Origin: Myxococcota bacterium | GTDB taxonomy: Bacteria; Myxococcota_A; UBA796; UBA2385 | Assembly: GCA_044344255.1 (NCBI GenBank) | Contig: JBIJDH010000056.1 | Location: 1-12,919 of the forward strand | DNA: 12,919 nucleotides | Direction of reading: 5' to 3' | In this document: piece after piece, positions 1 through 7,128 of the stretch | How positions within the stretch are numbered: the stretch's first letter is position 1 | Layout: every line of letters begins with the position of its first letter | Notes under the pieces: model-generated | Told to the model about the DNA's origin: nothing | What the model saw: the letters and a program-made list of their open reading frames with translations, nothing else | Database searches by the model: none | Program-made: the position numbers and the translations under genes

Positions 1-403
1 TCAACCGTCTGGCAAGCGAAAGTCCAAAAGAACTTCCAGGCGAGCCGCTTACGGGGTTTGGCGCGGGATCCCCCGGAGCAGTCCCCGAGCGCTCCGCGAA
101 GGTCGTTCAGCCGGATTCCGCGCGGGGGGGACCTGTGGGTCGCCTGGAGAACGCTGCTTGGAGGCTGGCGAGGCGGGGCAGGATGCGGGCCAGCTCGTCT
201 CGGGCGGGCTTCGTCCCCCGGGCCCGGAGCGCCGTGGCGAGCTGCTCCTACAGGGAGATCGCGAGCGCGGTGCGCTCCTGCTCGGCGGCGCCATAGACCG
301 CTGTTGGAAGCTGGTCCCAGGCGAGAGCAGAAAACATCGCCTGGCTTTGTCGCCCGCCCACCCCGTTCGGCGCTCGCCGCTCGGGATGAGCTGGCCATCC
401 GCA

Positions 404-3400
404 TCAACCCCTGGAGACCTCAACCACGACCCCAGCGACGGGCAGGTGAACGAAGCACCCGATCACAGGGCGCCCTGTCGCCGCGCTCACTGAGTCCGCG
501 TACGCACCGAGCTGTCCGGCATGGCCTGCGGCTGCCTCCACCACATCCGCTTCCCGACCCGGCGTGCTCTTGTGATCGACGACCACGAGGCCTGCTTCCG
601 TGTCGAGGACGAGGTCCGAGAACCCGCGCACGCCGCTGCCATCTTCGAGCGGATGGGCCAGGGGCCACTCGCGACACCATCGTGCGTCGGGCCAACGCTG
701 TGCGACCCACCCCTGGAGTCGATCCGACGCATCGAGCAGGTCCTTGGGAGGGAGCGCCCCGGCTACGCTCCAGCGCCCGAGGAGCCCTTCCGCGAGCGAG
801 TGCCGCTGCGCCGGATCGAGGTCCGCGCGGTCGGCGGCGAGGAACCCGTGTACGGCTTCGCCGAGCGCCGCCATCTCAGGGTTCCCGGTGAGCGTGAGGT
901 GGGGGCCGAGGCGCGTATGCGCGATTACGGCCCCGGCGTGGTCGAAGTCCGACGGCCGCCGGAATGCGGGCGGGTGCGCGGCGGGGCCTGGGGCGTCGAA
1001 ACCAGCGCCGGGCTCCGAATCGCGAACGACGGGATTCAACGGTGCGGGGCAGCGCAGCGTCGCCGTCACGACGCGGCCCGCCCATGTGGCGCTCGGCGTC
1101 GGCTCGTTCACCAGTGGGACTCCGCCCTCCTGCAGCAACTCGAGGAGCCCCTTCGTCAGCGCCCCGGCTCGCGTGGAGATCACGAGGCGGTCACGCGCAC
1201 GTGTCCATCCGACGTACAACACTCGGAGCTCCTGGCGCGCCTCCCGGGCCTCGGCCTCCACGGTGGCGGGGTGGGCGGCGAGGCGGGTGTGAAATGGCAG
1301 ACCGTTGTTTTTGGCCGCGTAGGGTTGGGGCCAAAAGCGCACCCAGCGGCCCGCGAGGGGTGCTGCGAAGTCGAAGCCGTCGATGTCACGGGCGACGCTC
1401 ACGCCGAGCGGGCTGCCAGTGAAGCGATTGAGCCCGTGCAGCACCACGATCGGCCACTCTAGCCCCTTTGCTGCGTGCCAGGTGCTCACCGCGACGGCCC
1501 CCCCGCCAGTGCGGACCGCCTGGGCGTCTTCGCCGTCATCGGCAAGGCGTCCGAGCCACGCGATGAGGCCAGCGGGCGTCGCGGCTGCGCCCGTGGCGGA
1601 GGCACCGGAAAGGTAGGTGACCGCGTGCGCACGCAGGCGATCCAGGTTCGCCAGGCGCGCCTCGGCGTCGCCCCAGCGCCGACAGAGCTCAGCGACGCGG
1701 GCGGCGTCTACCGCCAGGTCGAAGGCTTCGAGCGCGCCGGCACCGGGAGATCGCTCCCGAGCGGCAAGGACCCGCTGGACGACGTCCAACTTGGTGAGGG
1801 CGCCTGCGCCTGGCGTCTCAAGCAGTCGCGCGAGCCATGCGTCGAGGTCTCCGTCGCCTTCCGCGAACCGGGAGAGCTCCGCCTTCGCCAAGCTGTCCCG
1901 CCCGTCGACGAACAGCCGCAGCGCGGCCGTCGTGGCGATTGCCTCAGGGGTACTTAGGAGCCTTGCTCGTGGGAGCGCCGCGCGAATGCCAAGATTCTCC
2001 AGGGCGTCGGCAACCGCCGCGCACCCGTCATTCGTCCGGCACAAGACGGCGACGTCCCCGGCGCGAACCGCCCGCGCGTCGGCCTTGCCCTCGCGTACTC
2101 GGGTGGTGGGGTCGTCGAGGAGCTGCCGCACGCCCGCCGCGACAGCGTGAGCGTCGTTCTCGGTGCTCTTGGCGTCGAGGGTCCATCGCTCGAGAATGAC
2201 CCCGAGACCGGGGGCCTCGTCGAGGCGAGCCGGCTCGAGGCGAACCCGCTCCGCGGGGATCCCCTGCGATGGAAACGCCCGCGCGAAGAGGTCTGAGGTC
2301 AGCCGGACGAGCTCAGGCCGGCTCCTGTAGGAGTGCGGGAGGGTGCGCGGCTCCGTCTCCCCGAGGATGGCCCGGATCACCGCGTCCATCAGCGACGGGT
2401 CGGCGCCACGGAAGCCGAAGATGGCCTGCTTCTGGTCGCCGACCCACACGGAGCGGACAGCGAGCTCGGAGAGACGGAGAAAGATCGCGAGTTGGACCGG
2501 GCTGGTGTCCTGGAACTCGTCCACGAGGACCAGATCGAGCTCGCCCGCCAGGTGGGCACGGACGTCGGCGCGCCCGAGGAGCCCGAGTGCGAGCACCTCC
2601 TGGTCTGCGAAGTCGATCACGCCCCACGCGCGCTTGTGCGCCTGGTACACGTCGAGCGCCTGCCCGGCGACCGAGAACACGGTCCGGATCGCCGTCTCCA
2701 TGTCGGCTCGGAGTCGGGGGTGCCGATCCTGTGCGGCTGCGGCGGCGCGCACGGGGTCGGCGAGGGCGTCGGACTTCTGCGCCGGTGCGAGCTTCGCGAG
2801 CTTCGCCCACTCGCTCCAAAGGAGGTGCCGGCCTCGCCGGAGGTCCGCCAGCGCGCTCCCCGCGGTTTCAAGAGCCGTCGCGGTCTTCTTGGTGGTGTCC
2901 ACCGTCGTGTCTACGCTCGCGACGAACGTCGTGAGCGCCTCGACGAGGGCGCCGTCCAGATTCTCCCCTGCGACCGGCGTACCGAAGAGCTCGAGGACGC
3001 CGGCCACGCTGCGATCGGCGCACGCGGAGAGCTCGATGGTGCCGAGCCCATTGCTGCGCGCCGCGTCCAGGACGCTTCGCACCGCGGCGAGGCCGTCGAA
3101 TTCCCGCATGCGGGAGCGGAGGTCCTCGAACGTTCCGGTGACGGTGTCCGACAACACCGAGGAGAGCGCCTCGCGGAAGGACGAGGCGGAGACGGCCTCG
3201 TCGAGCACGCGCACGTCGGGAGAGAGCCCGAGTTCGAAGGAAAAGTCCGCCACGATTCGGCCACAGACCGCGTTCACCGTTCCGATTCGCGCGGCACCCA
3301 GGCGCTGGGCGTCGTCGAAGCGCCCCGCGGCTAGCAGCGTGCGCCGCGTGCGCTCCTTGAGCTCGGCGGCCGCCTTGTTCGTGAACGTCGTCGCGAGCAC

Positions 3401-3508
3401 CGCATCGGGGCGGACGCGCCCTTCGTCGATCTCCTTCTCCAGCAGTGTCGCCAGGGTGTGCGTCTTTCCGCTCCCCGCGCTCGCGGAGATGATCTCGATC
3501 TTGCTCAT
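404..3508 (-). CDS. addA: AddA/RecB-like ATP-dependent helicase-nuclease (UvrD/SF1A helicase plus C-terminal PD-(D/E)XK nuclease), about 1034 aa
   Basis: The likely start is ATG at 3508 (MSKIEIISASAGSGKT), which overlaps the upstream TGA as ATGA at 3505-3508. SF1 motifs: I ASAGSGKT, Ia TFTNKAAAELKER, II VLVDEFQDTS, III VGDQKQAIFGFRGAD, IV SYRS, IVa VAVLCRTN, V STWHAAKGLEW, VI ELRVLYVGWTRARDRL. RecB-type nuclease motifs: GEAVH, GFSDLV, VVDHKS, QLGAYA. The symbol means addA-like; orthology is not proven. Confidence 0.92.
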   Translation of the reverse strand: MSKIEIISASAGSGKTHTLATLLEKEIDEGRVRPDAVLATTFTNKAAAELKERTRRTLLAAGRFDDAQRLGAARIGTVNAVCGRIVADFSFELGLSPDVRVLDEAVSASSFREALSSVLSDTVTGTFEDLRSRMREFDGLAAVRSVLDAARSNGLGTIELSACADRSVAGVLELFGTPVAGENLDGALVEALTTFVASVDTTVDTTKKTATALETAGSALADLRRGRHLLWSEWAKLAKLAPAQKSDALADPVRAAAAAQDRHPRLRADMETAIRTVFSVAGQALDVYQAHKRAWGVIDFADQEVLALGLLGRADVRAHLAGELDLVLVDEFQDTSPVQLAIFLRLSELAVRSVWVGDQKQAIFGFRGADPSLMDAVIRAILGETEPRTLPHSYRSRPELVRLTSDLFARAFPSQGIPAERVRLEPARLDEAPGLGVILERWTLDAKSTENDAHAVAAGVRQLLDDPTTRVREGKADARAVRAGDVAVLCRTNDGCAAVADALENLGIRAALPRARLLSTPEAIATTAALRLFVDGRDSLAKAELSRFAEGDGDLDAWLARLLETPGAGALTKLDVVQRVLAARERSPGAGALEAFDLAVDAARVAELCRRWGDAEARLANLDRLRAHAVTYLSGASATGAAATPAGLIAWLGRLADDGEDAQAVRTGGGAVAVSTWHAAKGLEWPIVVLHGLNRFTGSPLGVSVARDIDGFDFAAPLAGRWVRFWPQPYAAKNNGLPFHTRLAAHPATVEAEAREARQELRVLYVGWTRARDRLVISTRAGALTKGLLELLQEGGVPLVNEPTPSATWAGRVVTATLRCPAPLNPVVRDSEPGAGFDAPGPAAHPPAFRRPSDFDHAGAVIAHTRLGPHLTLTGNPEMAALGEAVHGFLAADRADLDPAQRHSLAEGLLGRWSVAGALPPKDLLDASDRLQGWVAQRWPDARWCREWPLAHPLEDGSGVRGFSDLVLDTEAGLVVVDHKSTPGREADVVEAAAGHAGQLGAYADSVSAATGRPVIGCFVHLPVAGVVVEVSRG

Positions 3509-6141
3509 TCGCCACCCATGTTGCCGCAGAGATTTCCGAAGTTGCAGAAGCGGCAGGGAGGGGCGAGCCGGAGCCGCCCATCCTGGTCGATGTGAGAGGC
3601 CTTGATCGGCTCCGTTCCGTCGTCCCCCGCATTCCCTGACGCCTCGATCGCGCCCGCCTCGGTCGCTGCCCAGCGATCCTGCCACGCCCGCTCGAAGAGC
3701 TTCCAGGTCTCCGCAGGGCCTGGGCCCTTCACCGAAGTAGCGCCTGGGAAACGATCGGGCTCGGTGGTGTAGAGGCGCTGGTCCTGGAGGATGAAGTACG
3801 CGACCGCGGGGTATGGGGCCGTGGCGGTTGGCCGGACGAGGTGCGCGTAGGTCGCCAGCTGTGTCGAGACACCCGCGCCGAGCTCCTCGCGCCGGTACTT
3901 CGCGCCGCCCCACTTGAGGTCGATCACTGCCGGCGCCCCGTCGGTCGCGACAAGGTCGGGCGTGCCTTCCAAGGCGCCGCCCATCCCCGTGCCCGGGTAG
4001 GGCGTCTCGAGCGTCTCGATGGTGAGCCCCGCTTCCGCGAGGCTCCGGACGAGCGAGGCCACTGCGAGGCCGGCTACGCGTCGCACTCGCTCGCGTTCGT
4101 GCTCGGCGCCGGGCTGGAACAGCAGCGCCGCCCACCTCGGCGCCTCGGAGTCGAACAAGGCGACGGCTTCGGCCTCGGCGTCCTCGGGATCGGGGAGCGG
4201 GCCCGACTTCAAGACGCGCGCGATGATCTCGTGGACGAGGGAGCCGTGGAGCAGTTGCCCTTCCGGGAGCGCTGCGGTGGAGCCCCCATGCACTTTCGCC
4301 ACATGGGAGAGGGTCCACTGCAGAGAGCAGCCGACCAGTGTTGCGAGGCTCGACGGCGATTCCTTCTCACGGCGCAGGATGGTGCCGGGGCCTACCGTCC
4401 ACGCGCGGCGGGGTGCGGGTAGCGCCAGCGTGACGCGGGGCGTCGGCAGCCTCGCTGACATCGGGGCGCGCTGCACGAGCCGATCAGCGTGCGCGTCGCT
4501 CGGAATACCGGCCACAACCTCGTCCCAGAGCGGGTGGGGGTGAACGGGCGAACCATCCTCCCCGACCTCGGGGGAGACGAGCACGAGGCGTTCCGTCGTC
4601 TGCAGGAGGGGCCGACGCCAGCGTTCCGCGGAGATCATCGCGGCGGCCGCAGCGGAGGGGAGCTCCACGCCAATGGCAGCGAGCGCGCCTCTCTCCGCGC
4701 CGGAAAGCGGGAGGCGTGGCAGGGCCGGGGCGGCGTCCGCGCGGAACGACCACCAGACCACGCGGGCAGCGGGACCGACGAGCCCGGCGGGGCCCGCGAG
4801 TACGCGGAAGCCGGCCTGCGCGGGATGAGGCGCCTCGTGGCCGGCCGCGTCGGATGCGTCCTCCACGAGGCGGCGGAGCTGGGGAGCGCTGATCGGATCG
4901 AGCGCAGAGAGGTCGAGGAGGCGTCGGAAGGCCTTGGACTGGTTGAGGGCAGCGCCGTAGGCGACTGTCTCGTCCGTCGAAGTTGCCGCGCGGACCTGGA
5001 GCCAGCGGGCGAGCGCGTCCACGCGTCGGCGTGCCTCGGGTGCCGGGTAGCTGGCAGACTGGACGGTCGCGACCAGAAAGGTTTCGACGCGCGCGCGTAC
5101 GGTGGCGCGGCGCTCGGGTTCCTCCACCGCGGCGAGCGCCTCGGCAACCGCGGTCCGCCAGGCGTCGCTGTCGACCGCCGGCCACACCTGCAGCGCGGCC
5201 ACCAGCCGCCACGCCACGGAGCGGGGAATGGGGGAAATCGGGAGGGTGAGGAGCTCCAGCGCGCGCCGTGGGTCCGTGGGGGACCAGCCCAGGGCCAGGA
5301 GGAGCGGGAGGAGCTGGAGTAGGGAGCCATCTCCGTGCCCGGCGCCGCCGGTTGTTGGCAGCCCGTGGCGATGGAGCGCCGTGTCGAGCGTAGCGTCAGC
5401 GCCGATTATTACGGTGTCGACCCGATCAGGGTCGGCGGCGAGCCACGCGGCGATGGTCTCGGCGGCCTCGAGCGAACCGGCGGGCCGGACGAGCTGGAGG
5501 GATCCGTCACCCACGGGTCGGAAGCCTGGGGCGCGCGCAGCCGCGAGATCACCGCCCGCGGCTGCGGGCGCCGGAGGACATACACGGACCGTCGTCCCGC
5601 GAGCCCGCAGCGCATCCAGCACGTTCCGAACGAGGGGCGGCAGCGTCTCCTCGCGCTCGAGGAGGGTGACCAGGCCGACCTCGGGGTCGCGTGCGGCGAT
5701 CGCCCGGGCGACGACTTCGAGGCGATCGGGGGGGCCCGGCGGGACCTCCGCCGTGACCGCGGCGAGAGCGGAGAGCCGCGGCGAAACAGGTTCACCTTGC
5801 CATCCGGCGAGGCGTAGGGTGTCGCGCCAGCGCAGTAATTCGCGGGCCACGCCGAGCGGGTCAGAGAGGGTGGACTCGCTCCAGAAACCGGCCGTCGCGC
5901 GCAGCCCGGGCACGAGCGCGGCGGCGCGCGCGCCGTCGGGCAGCACGGGACCAGAGAGCCCGAGTGCCGTCTCCAGACGGTCCACCAGCCCCGAGGGACC
6001 CACGTGGGCGGTGCCAAACGACGCCGTTGCCGGTGGGAGCGCACCGGTGTCGAGGTCGGGTGCAAGGACGAATTCGAGGTGCAAGGTTGCCTCTAAAGCA
6101 TGCAGCGTCGGGAGTGGGTGCGGGGTCGTTGATGGTGTCAT
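3505..6141 (-). CDS. addB: AddB-like PD-(D/E)XK nuclease family protein with probable Fe-S cluster, 878 aa
   Basis: C-terminal nuclease motifs: ESPSSL..LVGCSLQW, HGSLVHEI, LEGTPDLV, VIDLKWG, QLATYA. The Cys pattern is one upstream Cys (4327-4329) plus C-x2-C-x5-C (CRFCNFGNLC, 3526-3555), typical of the AddB Fe-S staple. The N-terminus has no Walker A. The gene is coupled to the helicase gene by an ATGA overlap. The symbol means addB-like. Confidence 0.85.
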   Translation of the reverse strand: MTPSTTPHPLPTLHALEATLHLEFVLAPDLDTGALPPATASFGTAHVGPSGLVDRLETALGLSGPVLPDGARAAALVPGLRATAGFWSESTLSDPLGVARELLRWRDTLRLAGWQGEPVSPRLSALAAVTAEVPPGPPDRLEVVARAIAARDPEVGLVTLLEREETLPPLVRNVLDALRARGTTVRVCPPAPAAAGGDLAAARAPGFRPVGDGSLQLVRPAGSLEAAETIAAWLAADPDRVDTVIIGADATLDTALHRHGLPTTGGAGHGDGSLLQLLPLLLALGWSPTDPRRALELLTLPISPIPRSVAWRLVAALQVWPAVDSDAWRTAVAEALAAVEEPERRATVRARVETFLVATVQSASYPAPEARRRVDALARWLQVRAATSTDETVAYGAALNQSKAFRRLLDLSALDPISAPQLRRLVEDASDAAGHEAPHPAQAGFRVLAGPAGLVGPAARVVWWSFRADAAPALPRLPLSGAERGALAAIGVELPSAAAAAMISAERWRRPLLQTTERLVLVSPEVGEDGSPVHPHPLWDEVVAGIPSDAHADRLVQRAPMSARLPTPRVTLALPAPRRAWTVGPGTILRREKESPSSLATLVGCSLQWTLSHVAKVHGGSTAALPEGQLLHGSLVHEIIARVLKSGPLPDPEDAEAEAVALFDSEAPRWAALLFQPGAEHERERVRRVAGLAVASLVRSLAEAGLTIETLETPYPGTGMGGALEGTPDLVATDGAPAVIDLKWGGAKYRREELGAGVSTQLATYAHLVRPTATAPYPAVAYFILQDQRLYTTEPDRFPGATSVKGPGPAETWKLFERAWQDRWAATEAGAIEASGNAGDDGTEPIKASHIDQDGRLRLAPPCRFCNFGNLCGNMGGE

Positions 6142-6284
6142 GTTTCTTACGTGGAAGCCACCTCCGGGCTGGTGACTTCACCTCGACCAGCAGTTCCCAG
6201 CCCGAGGCAGTGTCGGTCGTCCAGTGCTTCTCCTCACGTGGCGGACATGGCGCCTCTGTCGGTACAGGACCACGCAATTCCACC

Positions 6285-6602
6285 TCAGGTCTTCAATTTC
6301 TCAAGGGACAAGCACACCTCGGTATGCGCGGCGCAGACTCCCACGTCGAGGATCGGCCGCCTGTAGGCGTGTCGCCCGGTCGCGTTGCCGCCGGCCTCAC
6401 CGAACCATCGACGGAAGGTCTCCGGCATGATGCCTCGCTGCACCGCGAATGCGCGTGCGCTGAGGCCGGATGTGCGCCAGGCCGCGATGAGGCGGCGGTG
6501 CTCGAGCAGTGGGTAGTGTCGGGTGCCCATCGGCAGATCCTCCAGCACGGAAGATCACCCGGGGGAGCCCGCGATGGCAGTGTCGCCAGCCTGGACGGTT
6601 AC
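6285..6602 (-). mobile_element. IS66-family remnant: putative left end plus truncated/degenerate tnpA (orfA)
   Basis: From ATG 6530, preceded by GGAGG, the frame reads MGTRHYPLLEHRRLIAAWRTSGLSARAFAVQRGIMPETFRRW. This matches the IS66 TnpA HTH pattern (I.AW..SGLS...F....G.....F..W). The minus strand from 6602 starts GTAACCGTCC, like IS66 GTAA termini, about 70 bp upstream of the ATG. No tnpB or tnpC follows. Confidence 0.65.
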
Positions 6603-6960
6603 GCCGAGTGGTCATCCACTGAGACCTCCTCGAGTCCATGATTGAGCAGAAGGTCGAGTGCGTCCTGCAGCGCGGCCGCGAGCACTACCCGGCAGCCTTC
6701 CCACCCATCATCAGCGACAACGAGCCGCAGTTCATCGCTCACGACTCTCAAGGAATTCATCAAGGTCACCGGGATGAGCCACGTTCGGGCCTCGCCCTAC
6801 TACCCACAGTCCAACTCTTCCAGAGCGGCGGAAGATCGAGCGCTACCATAAGGCGATCAAGGGCAACGCGATCCTCGTGTCCCCGCCCGCAACCCACGAT
6901 GCGCGCGACCGCAAGCTCGAGGCCGCGCGCGAGACCCGCGCCGAGCGCCGGCAAACCTCC
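6591..6960 (+). pseudogene. IS3-like transposase (rve integrase core) pseudogene fragment
   Basis: Stitching frames gives LDGY/RVVIH*DLLESMIEQKVECVLQRGREHYP..PIISDNEPQFIAHD/KEFIKVTGMSHVRASPYYPQSN/KIERYHKAIK...RDRKLEAARETRAERRQ. The DDE residues are recognisable (LDGY, ISDN, KIER). There is an in-frame TGA at 6620-6622, frameshifts near 6603, 6746 and 6815-6830, and an apparent internal deletion before RDRKLEAAR. Confidence 0.85.
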
Positions 6961-7058
6961 CGACGGCGCGGGCCGGCGCTGCCTCCTTGTTCGCTCACCC
7001 CTCGCCAGCCGATACCCGGTTCGTTACACCCATGACCTGAGAGTCCTGATCAGGCTGG

Positions 7059-7086
7059 GCCCGTACACCGATGGTGGTGTACGGGC
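7059..7086. promoter_or_regulatory. Perfect 11-bp inverted repeat upstream of the Zorya-like operon (possible operator or hairpin)
   Basis: GCCCGTACACC (7059-7069), a 6-nt spacer, then GGTGTACGGGC (7076-7086), about 40 nt before the zorA ATG. The repeat is directly visible; its function is inferred. Confidence 0.45.
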
Positions 7087-7128
7087 GGGGCTCCGTTTGA
7101 TACCCTCGCACGTCTCGAAGGCACGCAG

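Noticed and set aside
49..403. Short ORFs downstream of addA, including a protein-like minus frame (MFSALAWDQLPTAVYG...) broken by TAG
   Set aside because: No recognisable family. It may be a gene remnant but cannot be supported from sequence alone.
3509..4318. N-terminal 270-aa extension of the 1304-aa helicase ORF
   Set aside because: It overlaps the AddB-like gene in another frame and is Arg/Pro/Gly-rich junk. The ATG at 3508 just before Walker A, with an ATGA overlap, is the credible start.
58..6175. Many long plus-strand ORFs opposite the addAB-like genes, and minus-strand ORFs opposite the Zorya-like genes
   Set aside because: They are shadow ORFs expected in high-GC DNA, with no motifs and complete overlap with well-supported genes.
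6142..6283. 5' part of the 140-aa minus ORF upstream of addB (..HWTTDTASGWELLVEVKSP..)
   Set aside because: Most of the ORF overlaps addB out of frame, and the free portion is too short to assign.
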